64,000 nucleotides of DNA from assembly GCA_027007005.1 (NCBI GenBank), contig JALTFO010000065.1:1438-65437 (forward strand). Direction: 5' to 3'. The position numbers and the translations under genes were made by a program. Positions within the stretch are counted from its first letter, which is position 1. Every line of letters starts with the position of its first letter. Of this stretch, positions 19,086-28,939 are shown in pieces. This DNA is from Candidatus Bipolaricaulota bacterium (GTDB taxonomy: Bacteria; Bipolaricaulota; Bipolaricaulia; UBA7950; UBA9294). The notes below the pieces were generated by a model. The model made no database searches. It was not told the origin of the DNA and saw only the letters and a list, made by a program, of their open reading frames with translations.

Positions 19086-21847
19086 ATCACACTCTCTCCC
19101 ATTTCTGTGGCCCGCCGAATCTTATCAGCGCTTGCCGGCAGGTCGATTATTCTCACTTGACAAGCATCGTAGATCGCATTTGTAATCGCTGGGGCAACGG
19201 CGACCATTGCCATTTCCCCCACCCCTTTTGCTCCATAGGGGCCCAAGGAGTCTCCTTCTTCTATCAATCGTGCATCCAGCTTTGTGGGAAGAGAATCGAT
19301 CCTTGGCACACCACATTGTGCCAGATTGCTTGTCTGGTTTGGTCCGTGATCGACAAATTTCTCAGAAAGAGCATAGCCCATTCCCATGATCGCTCCTCCT
19401 TCAATCTGCCCCTCTAAAGTGAGGCGGTTGATCGCCTTACCAACGTCATAAGCAGAGACAAGCTTCTCTACGGACACTCGCCCCGTGTGTTTGTCCACTC
19501 TTACAATGGCCAAGTTGGCGAAGAATCCAAAGGTGGGGTAGTTGAGTCCTTTATCCTCCTGCCCCGACGGAGCCGTTCCCAACGGAACCGTCTGAGGAGC
19601 GAGATACATTCCCTCTCCCAGCAGCCTTTTCCCATCGGCATGCACTGATTCAGCAAACGCTGCTAGTTCAACCAGTTTTCCCTCGCAACCAATTAAGTTC
19701 CTTCCCTCTATGGCTATGTTTCCTCGAAGCTGCGGGTAATAGATAGTTGCAAACCGGGTTATTTCCTTCTTGAGGCTTTCAACCGCCCGCAACACGGCAT
19801 TGCCCGACATCACTGTTTGTCGCGAGGCGTTCGTTTCGCGCGCATCCGGGTCATTGGCCGTATCTCCCATCTCTACGTCTACATCCGCATAACTGACCCC
19901 TAATGCGTGCGCGGCAATCTGCGCAAGGATCGTCGATGACCCTTGTCCGAGGTCAATAGCTCCGACTCGTAGAAGGATCTTGCCATCAGAAAGGACCTCT
20001 ATCTCTGCATTTGCGTAGTCTCTTTCACCCAGGCCCAAACCAACGTTCTTGTAGCCACAAGCGATCCCCACTCCCCACCCCGGACGATCGGCAACATCTT
20101 GCTGAGCAGCAACGTAGTCCTGCTCGATGGCATCTAGCGCCTCAACAAGATGAGTATCTGGACCGAGCAGTTGTTCTGTCACTGTGCGATCCCCTTGTCT
20201 AACGGCATTGATGCGGCGTATCTCCAGGGGCGATATCTCCAGTTTGCGGGCTGCCTCATCAAGCAGGGACTCCACAGCAAATGTGGGTTGCGGAATGCCA
20301 AATCCCCTAAACGCGGACGAGGGGGGTGTGTTCGTGAATGCTCCCCGGGACTCTATGGCAACGTGAGGCACGGTGTAAGGGCCAGTAGCAAAAGCAGTGG
20401 CTTGCTCTATTACCGGAATGCTGAAGGTTTCGTAGGCTCCACAGTTTGCGATAATACTGCCACTAATTGCTTCGATGTGTCCATCTTGGCGCAGTCCTAT
20501 GCGATAATCAAGGATCATAGGATGACGCTTCACACTGGTGCGCAGGGATTCCTCACGGCTGAGCACAATCCGCACACGCCGGTGAGTGATAAACGCTCCC
20601 AGCGCCAATAGAGCATGGATAGAGATATCCGTCTTTCCCCCGAAAGCCCCACCGGTAGGATGAGAAATTACACGTACCCTCTCCACAGGGAGGTCGAGGA
20701 CAGTAGCAATCTGTCGCTGAATTGTCTGCGGATATTGACATGCTGCGCGAATCGTTACCTTTCCTTCATCCCACTCTCCGATACCTGCTTCTGGTTCCAT
20801 GTACGCGTGCTCTACTGCAGGAGTCGAGAACTGCCCTTCAACAACGATATCAGAACGGCGAAAGCCTTCCTCAATCTGTCCACGCGTAAGTGAAAACTTG
20901 CAGACAAGGTTCCCCTGCTGGAACAAGTGTGGAGCGTTAGGGGCCAGTGCTTCTTGTGGATCGTAGATCGGATCCAATGCCTGATACTCCACTTCCACCA
21001 GGTCACGCCCTTGTTCAGCAGCGACACGACTCGTGGCAATAACGAGGGCAACAGGATCTCCCAAGTAACGCACGCGGTCTTCCGCTAGTACCGGCTGATC
21101 GGCGCGAATCCCACCAAACGCGTTTTGTCCCGGAACGTCCTTTGCGGTCAGCACAGCGATAACACCGGGCAAGGCCACTGCTTGAGAAATATCCACTTTC
21201 TTGATCTTGGCATGCGGGGAACGCGGCCAGACGATCTTGGCAAAGGTCGTGTTAGTGACAGGCAGATCAGCAGCAAATTTCAATCGCCCGGTGACTTTCT
21301 CCTCTGCCATCTTGGGAATAAGAGGAGCACCAATGTCCACCTGTGCTTCTGTCTCCATCCCTGTTTTGTCCGACTTATCTTCGGCGACTCTCTGCACGGC
21401 AGTGATCACTTTCTTGTATGTGCCGCAGCGACAAAGATTACCGCGCAGAGCAGCCACAATGTCATCACGAGTGGGATGTGGATTCTCATCGAGGAGGGCC
21501 TTGCTGGCCATAATCATTCCCGGAGTGCAAAAACCACATTGCACAGCCCCTTCCCGGATGAAGGCTTCCTGAAGAGGATGAAGCGACTTGCCGTTGCTCA
21601 ACCCCTCGACCGTAAGAATGTGAGCGTTGTCCAGCTGACTCAGTTTCAGTTGACACGACTTCGCTGCTTTACCGTTTACAATGACAGTGCAAGCGCCGCA
21701 AACTCCCTTTTGGTCACAGCCATTCTTGGCTCCGGTCAGGCCCAGATCATCCCGTAGATAGTCAAGCAGACTCCTACCTGGATCTCCAGGCACTCGATAC
21801 CTCTTGTTATTTATAGTCAATCCTACAATTGGAAACTCATCCATCAT
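19082..21847 (-). CDS. molybdopterin-dependent hydroxylase with an N-terminal double [2Fe-2S] domain and no FAD domain (MOP / XdhD architecture)
   Basis: CDQKGVCGACTV and CGFCTPGMIMA...CRCGTYKKV mark the two 2Fe-2S sites. These are followed by a/b-hammerhead and Moco-binding domains and the active-site segment GAKGVGEMAM. At 921 aa it resembles D. gigas aldehyde oxidoreductase and E. coli XdhD in organisation. Confidence 0.85.
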   Translation of the reverse strand: MMDEFPIVGLTINNKRYRVPGDPGRSLLDYLRDDLGLTGAKNGCDQKGVCGACTVIVNGKAAKSCQLKLSQLDNAHILTVEGLSNGKSLHPLQEAFIREGAVQCGFCTPGMIMASKALLDENPHPTRDDIVAALRGNLCRCGTYKKVITAVQRVAEDKSDKTGMETEAQVDIGAPLIPKMAEEKVTGRLKFAADLPVTNTTFAKIVWPRSPHAKIKKVDISQAVALPGVIAVLTAKDVPGQNAFGGIRADQPVLAEDRVRYLGDPVALVIATSRVAAEQGRDLVEVEYQALDPIYDPQEALAPNAPHLFQQGNLVCKFSLTRGQIEEGFRRSDIVVEGQFSTPAVEHAYMEPEAGIGEWDEGKVTIRAACQYPQTIQRQIATVLDLPVERVRVISHPTGGAFGGKTDISIHALLALGAFITHRRVRIVLSREESLRTSVKRHPMILDYRIGLRQDGHIEAISGSIIANCGAYETFSIPVIEQATAFATGPYTVPHVAIESRGAFTNTPPSSAFRGFGIPQPTFAVESLLDEAARKLEISPLEIRRINAVRQGDRTVTEQLLGPDTHLVEALDAIEQDYVAAQQDVADRPGWGVGIACGYKNVGLGLGERDYANAEIEVLSDGKILLRVGAIDLGQGSSTILAQIAAHALGVSYADVDVEMGDTANDPDARETNASRQTVMSGNAVLRAVESLKKEITRFATIYYPQLRGNIAIEGRNLIGCEGKLVELAAFAESVHADGKRLLGEGMYLAPQTVPLGTAPSGQEDKGLNYPTFGFFANLAIVRVDKHTGRVSVEKLVSAYDVGKAINRLTLEGQIEGGAIMGMGYALSEKFVDHGPNQTSNLAQCGVPRIDSLPTKLDARLIEEGDSLGPYGAKGVGEMAMVAVAPAITNAIYDACQVRIIDLPASADKIRRATEMGESVI

Positions 21848-23202
21848 GTGCCTCTCTTAAGCCGCTGTATCTTAGACCACAGCTTTGTGCTGACTCGCCT
21901 CAGCTCCTGCTGAACTGTGCTTTCTTGTACACCAGAAAATCTGCCTTCATCAAACACTATTTCCCCATTTACTATCGTGTATTTTATATTACTCACATCG
22001 CCACAATAGAAAAGATTCTTGAGCGGATCGTCGACTGGTTGAGTGTTCAACGCTGCGAGATCAAGAATAACTATGTCCGCACGCTTTCCTGCTTCCAGCG
22101 AGCCGATTTCCTGCTCCATTCCCAATGCCTTTGCCCCCTCGATGGTTGCCATTGCCAGTGTCTCCTCGGCAGAGAGGTAACTAGGATCACCAAGCTGCAC
22201 GCGGTTGAGTAGGGCAGCAAAGCGCGCTGTCTCCAACATGTTCATCTGAAAAGCGTCAGTTCCCAACCCGACAGTTACTCCGGCAGAGCGCATTGCAGGA
22301 ACAGGTGCAATGGCGGCGGCATCCTTGGCATTCGGATATGGATTATGGGAAATAGTGACCCTATGTTTCTTTAGAAGCTCTATCTCTCCTTCTTTCAAGA
22401 AGATTGCATGTGCCCCCAACACGGGGACATCCAGCATTCCCACATCCGCCAGGAACTCCACACATCCCATCCCTTCACGAGCGATAATCGTCTCTCTCTC
22501 ACTTGCCATCTGTGCCAAGTGCAGGTGTATGCCCAGGTTATGATCTCGGGCTTGACGAGCAATCTCAGCAAACATCCTACGATCAAGGGTATTAGTTGCA
22601 TGCGGAGCAATTGATGTAGTGATCCTCCCGTCACACTTTCCTTGCCACTGGCTGGCAAAGGAGAGAGCAGCATCCAACTGCTGAGAGAATGCGGGAAAGT
22701 CGAAGTTATAGTTGACCTTCCCGTTGACAAGCTCGGGGGGGCGATCCAAGGAGAATCCAAGCACCTTTTGGCCAACATACCCGCGCAAGCCAGCATCGCA
22801 AACTGCCCTTGCTGTTGCTTCAGCGTGGTGGTACATATCAGCCACGGTTGTCACTCCACACCTAAGTGCGTCCAACGCACCACTCAGGCTTCCCCAATAG
22901 ACCATGTCTGGATCAAGCTGGCCTTCCCAGCGAAAGAGCGTGCTGTAGAATAGCCCTTCGAAAGCAACTTCATCCATCAATCCTTTGAATAGATTTTCTG
23001 CGAGATGAGTGTGACAATTAACAAACCCAGGAAGAACGACGCACCCCTGGCAGTCAATCTCGCGGTCTGCAACGAACTCTTTCGGTTTTGCTTCGGACAC
23101 AAAGGCGATTCTTCCGCCTTCCATTCCCAAATATCCACCGGGAATACAGCGGCTGTCAGGAGAAAAATCGTAAATTGTCCCTCCAGAAAGCAGCGTCTTC
23201 AT
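21844..23202 (-). CDS. COG0402-type amidohydrolase (MtaD / SsnA / guanine-deaminase-like nucleobase deaminase family)
   Basis: Motifs LPGFVNCHTHLAENLFKG, HLHLAQ and GLGTDA are present. The start and stop overlap both neighbouring genes. Confidence 0.8.
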   Translation of the reverse strand: MKTLLSGGTIYDFSPDSRCIPGGYLGMEGGRIAFVSEAKPKEFVADREIDCQGCVVLPGFVNCHTHLAENLFKGLMDEVAFEGLFYSTLFRWEGQLDPDMVYWGSLSGALDALRCGVTTVADMYHHAEATARAVCDAGLRGYVGQKVLGFSLDRPPELVNGKVNYNFDFPAFSQQLDAALSFASQWQGKCDGRITTSIAPHATNTLDRRMFAEIARQARDHNLGIHLHLAQMASERETIIAREGMGCVEFLADVGMLDVPVLGAHAIFLKEGEIELLKKHRVTISHNPYPNAKDAAAIAPVPAMRSAGVTVGLGTDAFQMNMLETARFAALLNRVQLGDPSYLSAEETLAMATIEGAKALGMEQEIGSLEAGKRADIVILDLAALNTQPVDDPLKNLFYCGDVSNIKYTIVNGEIVFDEGRFSGVQESTVQQELRRVSTKLWSKIQRLKRGT

Positions 23203-24344
23203 CAGTATTCACCATCCTCCCCTCTATAATGAATTGCCCCTACCGGGCACATAGACACGCAGAGGCCACAGCCTTCGCAAAGAGAAGGGTCTATAAAGAA
23301 CCTTCCTTCTCTTTTTTCCACTGCTCCATACAGGCAAACGCGCTGGCACGTCTGACATCGTGTGCACTCATCTTGCTCAATGATCGCTACCCTTTTGGAG
23401 GCATCGGTTTGCTGTCTTTCATACTCGCGTCGTTCTTCGACGGATAAAGGGAAGTCTATTCGCGTCAACACTTTACCTCGTAGCTGATCAAGGGTATCAA
23501 GATCGTGCTCGTGCATGAATTGCATCATCTGCTCGTTTATCGTTGTGACGCTCTGTGGGCCATTGACAATCAGGGCTGTGCAGACGCCAACCGCCATAGC
23601 TCCACAAGAGATCATTTCGAGCGAGTCGATCCCCGACATTACTCCACCAGTGCCGATCAGCGGAAGGCCAACATAGTGTGCCAGTTGTGCCACGTGGTAC
23701 AGGGCCAGCTCCTTGATTGCCTCTCCGGAAATTCGGCCAAATCCTTGCTCCAACATTGCTGGATACTTGGTCTCCAAATCGACGTGTAATCCAGCTTTTA
23801 ATGCATCAATGGCCGAAATAGCATCTGCACCGGCATCGCGTACAGCCTGACCGAACTCCACGATATCGTGCACATTGGCACTGAGCTTAACGGAGAGAGG
23901 CACATCTACTGCTTTCTTAACGCGACGAATAGCCTCGACCATTGGAGAGGGATCGTCATACGAAGTGAATATCGATAACTCAAGCATGTCTGCTCCTGCT
24001 TCAACTATCGGATACGCCAATTGTTCTACTTCAGCAGGAGTCATGCCAATACTAGCGATGATCGGGATATCAAGCTGTTTCAGTTTGGGCAGCTCATTGC
24101 TGAGCCAGCGTTGTAAGGAAATAGTCGAGCAACGTTCTGTGTTAAGAAAATACCCTTTGCCCCTATACAGGCAGGGACGAGGATTTATCGATGCATCCAG
24201 CAGGATTGTCTTTGTAATAGCCGCACCTATTCCTGCCTGTGCTAGCCGTTCAATTGCGGCAAAGTCGGACGTCATCGGTCCGGAAGCAGCAATGAGCGGA
24301 CTGCGTAGTCTAAAGCCTAACAATTGAGTGCTGATGTCTATCAT
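23202..24344 (-). CDS. PreA-like dihydropyrimidine/dihydroorotate dehydrogenase-family flavoprotein with C-terminal 2x[4Fe-4S]
   Basis: A class-1 DHOD-like TIM barrel (IIASIG, GADAISAID, IGTGGV) is followed by CTRCQTCQRVC and CEGCGLCVSMCP ferredoxin motifs. Confidence 0.75.
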   Translation of the reverse strand: MIDISTQLLGFRLRSPLIAASGPMTSDFAAIERLAQAGIGAAITKTILLDASINPRPCLYRGKGYFLNTERCSTISLQRWLSNELPKLKQLDIPIIASIGMTPAEVEQLAYPIVEAGADMLELSIFTSYDDPSPMVEAIRRVKKAVDVPLSVKLSANVHDIVEFGQAVRDAGADAISAIDALKAGLHVDLETKYPAMLEQGFGRISGEAIKELALYHVAQLAHYVGLPLIGTGGVMSGIDSLEMISCGAMAVGVCTALIVNGPQSVTTINEQMMQFMHEHDLDTLDQLRGKVLTRIDFPLSVEERREYERQQTDASKRVAIIEQDECTRCQTCQRVCLYGAVEKREGRFFIDPSLCEGCGLCVSMCPVGAIHYRGEDGEY

Positions 24345-24534
24345 AATTCATCCCTTCTGTTGCAGGCTACTCTATATCCGCTGAGCAAGTGCAGCAGATT
24401 GTAGTTGGCGAATGCGATACATGTGTTGTAGTGTATGAATGTTGAAAATATAATTCCAGAAACTTTGCTGGGCCTTGATCTGTTCCACATCCTGCTACTG
24501 GGATACGTACGAATAGGATTGCGTGAGCGTTCCC

Positions 24535-25377
24535 TCATTTTACTCCTCCAAAAGTTAGACCACTGATATAGTAGCGCTGCAATAACAACGACAAGAACAC
24601 AACAGGGATGACCGCTATACATCCAAGGGCCATCATGTATGTCCAGCCTTGACTCAGTATTCCGTATGTACTCAGCATCCCTAACGGCAGGGTAGCTGTT
24701 GCTGGAGATGTAAGAGTCAGCGCAAATAAGAAATCATTCCATGAAAGAATGAATGTAAATAGTGCAGCAGTAACTAATCCCGGTTTAGTTAAAGGGAGAA
24801 TGACCTTCCAAAAGGCCGAAACCGGTGAGCAACCGTCGATAAGTGCGGCATCTTCAATATCAACAGGTATGCTTTCAAACATACCTGACATGAGCCAAGC
24901 GGTGAATGCAGCATCATAAACTGTATCAATCAAAATGACAGCTGCACGTGTGCCGAATAACCCCAACCACTGCATGATCACGCGAAAAGGAAGAACAATA
25001 ACAACCGGCGGCAGTGCACGCGTTAGCAGTATGAATGTTAACAGCACTCTCTTCCCTCTGAACTTCACACGGGAAAAGGCGTATCCTGCTGGCACACCAA
25101 GCAAGAGAGACAATGCCATTGTCCCGAGTGAAATCAAGCTGCTGTTCAGCGTCCAGCGACCTACAGGCATGGTTTGAAATATATACTTAAAATTATGCAA
25201 TGTTGGTGGAAAAATCCACCGTGGAGGAAGAACGAACATATCAATCTGTTGTTTAAAGGCGGTTATCACCATCCAAAAGATGGGCACAAGGACAAACGCA
25301 ATGATCACACCAAGCGCGATAAAGCGGATAACAGCAAATGTCCCAAATCGTGGCTTATGGCTTCTCAGAAGATCCAT
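24535..25377 (-). CDS. carbohydrate ABC transporter permease (MalG-like)
   Basis: The protein has six predicted TM segments and the EAA loop DIEDAALIDGCSPVSAFWKVILPL. Confidence 0.85.
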   Translation of the reverse strand: MDLLRSHKPRFGTFAVIRFIALGVIIAFVLVPIFWMVITAFKQQIDMFVLPPRWIFPPTLHNFKYIFQTMPVGRWTLNSSLISLGTMALSLLLGVPAGYAFSRVKFRGKRVLLTFILLTRALPPVVIVLPFRVIMQWLGLFGTRAAVILIDTVYDAAFTAWLMSGMFESIPVDIEDAALIDGCSPVSAFWKVILPLTKPGLVTAALFTFILSWNDFLFALTLTSPATATLPLGMLSTYGILSQGWTYMMALGCIAVIPVVFLSLLLQRYYISGLTFGGVK

Positions 25378-26273
25378 TACACACTCCCATATTTCTTGGA
25401 ATAGAGGATTTGGATAAAGAATGCCCCAAGAATTACGCCAATAACCAATAGAACATTGGATAAAGCCGAAGCATAACCAATTCTGAGCTGTTGCACACCG
25501 ACTTCAAAGATGCGAAGGTTGGCAACCGTCGTTGCTGTTCCTGGCCCACCTCCAGTAATAGCCCAGACAATATCAAAGATTTTCATTGCATCCAGCATAC
25601 GAATCAGAAGGGCCACTATTAGCGTAGGTCGGAGCAAAGGCAAAGTAATGTACTGAAAGAGTCGGTATGTGGAAGCCCCGTCAATCATTCCTGCCTCGTA
25701 TGGCTCTTTAGGAAGGCTTTTCAGCCCAGCAAGGATGATGATTATCATTAACGGTGTCCACTCCCAGATATCAACAACTATGACTGAAAGCAGCGCTGTG
25801 CTCCGTTCCACTGTTAGCCCACGTCCAATTGGCACCCCCAAGGCTCGCAAGTAATATGTAATAACTCCCAAATCAGGATGGTAGAGAGCTTTCCACACTA
25901 ACCCTGCTACTAATGGGGTAAATACTGTTGGAATTAGGATAACAGTACGGATAATATTCATTACCTTGCTTTCAAAGTTTAGCAAGAGGGCTGCTCCTAA
26001 GCCCAGGACAAGTTCGCTTACAACAGCAACGACAACAAATACCATGGTAGTAAGAAGCGAATGTGTGAATTGTGTATCATGAAGCATCAAACTGTAGTTG
26101 TGTAATCCCACGAAGATTTTTGATCCACCTAAACTGTAGTTATACAAGCTAATATAAAGCTCGTAAATAATCGGATATAGAAAGAACGCCATAAGATATA
26201 ATGTAATTGGCACAATAAATAGGAGTAAAGATCTCTTGCCCACGCCAAAATAGTCCTTAATGCTTTTTATCAT
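25377..26273 (-). CDS. carbohydrate ABC transporter permease (MalF-like)
   Basis: The EAA loop YEAGMIDGASTYRLFQYITLPLL is present. I chose the internal ATG (MIKSIKDY) as the start. Confidence 0.85.
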   Translation of the reverse strand: MIKSIKDYFGVGKRSLLLFIVPITLYLMAFFLYPIIYELYISLYNYSLGGSKIFVGLHNYSLMLHDTQFTHSLLTTMVFVVVAVVSELVLGLGAALLLNFESKVMNIIRTVILIPTVFTPLVAGLVWKALYHPDLGVITYYLRALGVPIGRGLTVERSTALLSVIVVDIWEWTPLMIIIILAGLKSLPKEPYEAGMIDGASTYRLFQYITLPLLRPTLIVALLIRMLDAMKIFDIVWAITGGGPGTATTVANLRIFEVGVQQLRIGYASALSNVLLVIGVILGAFFIQILYSKKYGSV

Positions 26274-26353
26274 TGTGCACAGCCTTATGCATGTTAATGA
26301 CGCCAGGGCAGTGCAGGCACTGCCCTGGCCAAGAAGCACCATCCTACAGAGAT

Positions 26354-27679
26354 CTACTTATTGTATAGTGCTTTGATTTCCTGGCTAGCTTTCTCCAACG
26401 CTTCTTCAGGAGTTAACTCGTGAGTAATCGCTTGGTTGATGCGAAGGCCGAGGATATCCTGGATTCGGCTATATTCAGGAACGCGTGGGCGATAGTCGCC
26501 ATTACCGTGTATGAACAGCTTGAGCATTGTCTTCAACCACGGCATCTTCTGGTTAAGATCCGGATCGAGAAGGGTAGAAAGCCGAATGGGAGCTCCATCA
26601 TGCTGCATCCAATCTTTCTGAATCTCTGGACTCATAATCCACTTGATGAATGCCCAGGCAGCTGCTTGCCTCTTTGGTGCAATGTCAGCGTTGATCGCGA
26701 TACCCCATCCACCAAATCCAAACTGTGGATTAATAGCAGGGATGGTCGGAGAAATGGCCATACCTGTTTTGCCTACTACCCGCGAAATGGAAGGATCCTC
26801 ATATCCAGCGCGTGCAATGCTCCAACTCGTTGGTTCCATGACAGCCTGACCGCTACGGTATGATGTTTCACGATCATCCCACCAATAGCCAGCTGCTCCT
26901 GGCGGAGCCCATTTGTCGAATATCTCAACAAAGAACTTAAGAGACGCAAGACATTCTGGGCTGTCAACAGTTACGTTCCCCTTTGCATCGAGAATTCTTC
27001 CGCCGAACGCCCTCATGAACTCCATCCAGTCTTGGGCAACTGCAGGTCCACGTGCCCCATTGACTGTCAGCCCGTAGAGATTCTCCTTAGGACGAGTGAA
27101 AAACGTGGCAGCATCCCTCAGTTCGTCAATTGTACGTGGAGGACGCAACTCATATCCATATAGCTTCTTAAACGCAGCTTTCTCTTGTGGGTCGTTGAAC
27201 AGATCTTTACGATAAATAAGACTGTTAGCGTATCCAGCAAGTGGGAAGGCTATCTGTTTCCCTTGCCAGCTTCCTTCTGTCCACATGATTGGCAGGATGT
27301 CGGAGACGTTGATTTCTTCACTGTCTCGCAGAATGAGTGGTGTCAAGTCGACCGTCCATCCCTTCTTTTCAAACTCACCGGTCCAAACGATGTCTGTTGT
27401 TGCAAGGTCATACTGCTTAGTATGGGTCGCATAATCCTGGGTAATCTTTTGATACAATTCAGTATACCCGAGAATATCGACTTCCACTTTAGCGCCGCTT
27501 ACACTTTCAAATTGCTTCCCTAGTGTCTTTAAGTAATTAGCGTACTGATCAGACATGCAGGCTAAGTGGAGTACAACACCATCATATGGTTTCGCCTGCG
27601 CAAGCCCCAGCAGTGAAACGCTACCGAGCATTAGAACGCTAATCACAGCACCAACTACTATCACTTTCCAATGATTCAT
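26354..27679 (-). CDS. carbohydrate ABC transporter substrate-binding protein (family 1)
   Basis: The protein has a signal-anchor N-terminus and the size and layout of family-1 extracellular solute-binding proteins. GGAGG lies 8 nt upstream of the ATG at 27679. Confidence 0.8.
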   Translation of the reverse strand: MNHWKVIVVGAVISVLMLGSVSLLGLAQAKPYDGVVLHLACMSDQYANYLKTLGKQFESVSGAKVEVDILGYTELYQKITQDYATHTKQYDLATTDIVWTGEFEKKGWTVDLTPLILRDSEEINVSDILPIMWTEGSWQGKQIAFPLAGYANSLIYRKDLFNDPQEKAAFKKLYGYELRPPRTIDELRDAATFFTRPKENLYGLTVNGARGPAVAQDWMEFMRAFGGRILDAKGNVTVDSPECLASLKFFVEIFDKWAPPGAAGYWWDDRETSYRSGQAVMEPTSWSIARAGYEDPSISRVVGKTGMAISPTIPAINPQFGFGGWGIAINADIAPKRQAAAWAFIKWIMSPEIQKDWMQHDGAPIRLSTLLDPDLNQKMPWLKTMLKLFIHGNGDYRPRVPEYSRIQDILGLRINQAITHELTPEEALEKASQEIKALYNK

Positions 27680-27794
27680 TTGCACTACCTCCTCTAGAGT
27701 TTGCTCTTGAAGCTTTTACAGCACTCGTTCACCTGGCTACTCGCTACGACCACCTCCTTGCCCTTTGCAGACTCATTCAGAGCCTAAATCTATG

Positions 27795-28784
27795 CTAGTG
27801 AAGGTTCTTCCTCAAAGTATCGCCGACAATAAGCTTTACAGGTAGAGACAAGTCCTTCACCTTATCGTCGAATAGCTGTCGTGCGACCTCCTCGCCAAAA
27901 CGGTACGCAGGCACTTTGACTGTGGTTAACTTGGGCCGCGCCAGCGCCAGAAGGGGAGTATTATCAAAACCAGTTATCCCTAAGTCTTTTGGGACCTTAA
28001 GCCCCTTGTCTTCCGCTGCTTGAATAACGCCAATAGCCATAAGATCATTACCCGCCATGATTGCGTCCACTTTGTGTTTGCTTAGTACCTTGCGGGCATG
28101 CTCATAACCTGATTCATAGGTAAAATTTCCGTGATGAATAATCACTGGCACAACGTCTGCTTCCGCCATTGCATCCTGAAACCCAGCGAGACGATCACGT
28201 GCAGTACTCACTTCTTGTGGGCCAGCTATATAGGCAATCTTTCTATATCCCAACCGTAGAACATATTTGGTTAGTTCTCGGCTTCCCCCGCGATTATCTG
28301 CCTCTACTACTGGCATGCCTGCGACGCGCCGATCAGCGACGACAAGCCTGACGCCCTGATGCAGCAAGCGATCGATTCGCTTCATATCTGGGGAGCCCAC
28401 TGGTATGAAGACAATCCCTTCCACCCCTTCGGCAAGAAGGATGTCTAGATAGCGTGATTCTTTCTCCAGCGAGTGATTGCTATCGCATACCAGGGTCGAG
28501 AACCCCTTTTCGAATGCTACCGAGCCTACGCCGCGGACAACACGCGAGAAAAATGAGTTAGAGATATCTGGCACGAGGATGCCAATTACTTGTGTGTGCT
28601 GACGCCGGAGCGTCTGTGCTGCCTTCACTGGCGTATAATCCAGCTCTTTCATCGCTAGTAGGACACGCTTTTTCGTTTCGGGTCGCATGTGGTCAGCATC
28701 ATTTCCGTTCAACACACGCGAGACAGTACTCGGTGAAACCCCAGCTCGCGCAGCCACTTCTCTTATCGTTGCCTGTTTTGTCAT
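27795..28784 (-). CDS. LacI-family transcriptional regulator
   Basis: The N-terminal HTH reads ATIREVAARAGVSPSTVSRVLNG and is followed by a periplasmic-binding-protein-like sugar-binding core. Confidence 0.9.
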   Translation of the reverse strand: MTKQATIREVAARAGVSPSTVSRVLNGNDADHMRPETKKRVLLAMKELDYTPVKAAQTLRRQHTQVIGILVPDISNSFFSRVVRGVGSVAFEKGFSTLVCDSNHSLEKESRYLDILLAEGVEGIVFIPVGSPDMKRIDRLLHQGVRLVVADRRVAGMPVVEADNRGGSRELTKYVLRLGYRKIAYIAGPQEVSTARDRLAGFQDAMAEADVVPVIIHHGNFTYESGYEHARKVLSKHKVDAIMAGNDLMAIGVIQAAEDKGLKVPKDLGITGFDNTPLLALARPKLTTVKVPAYRFGEEVARQLFDDKVKDLSLPVKLIVGDTLRKNLH

Positions 28785-28785
28785 G

Positions 28786-28811
28786 GGAAATCGTTTTCCG
28801 AAATCGTTACC
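28786..28811 (-). promoter_or_regulatory. candidate LacI-type operator(s) in the lacI-family gene leader
   Basis: On the minus strand the sequence reads GGTAACGATTTCGGAAAACGATTTCCC. It contains two AACGATTTC copies and the CG-centred imperfect palindrome GAAAACGATTTC, immediately upstream of the start codon. Confidence 0.35.
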
Positions 28812-28813
28812 CC

Positions 28814-28842
28814 ATCCTAGCACAACTTACGGATGATGTCAA
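28814..28842 (-). promoter_or_regulatory. candidate sigma-70-type promoter of the LacI-family gene
   Basis: On the minus strand, TTGACA (28842-28837) is followed by a 17-nt spacer and TAGGAT (28819-28814). This places the predicted transcript start just upstream of the operator-like repeats. Confidence 0.35.
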
Positions 28843-28939
28843 TAGGCTGAAAAGCTAGCGAGTACCAGAGACGGTAAAAAGCCTGATCAGTAGCAAAACA
28901 TGTCACTCGGAATGATAACTTCTGCAGGCAGGTTCCTTC

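Noticed and set aside
19082-21847. Possible selenocysteine (in-frame TGA) or frameshift in the Mo-hydroxylase or neighbouring genes, given the similarity to selenium-dependent hydroxylase clusters.
   Set aside because: All ORFs in the cluster are uninterrupted and of full family length. No in-frame TGA needs to be invoked, and no selD/yqeB/yqeC genes lie in the window.
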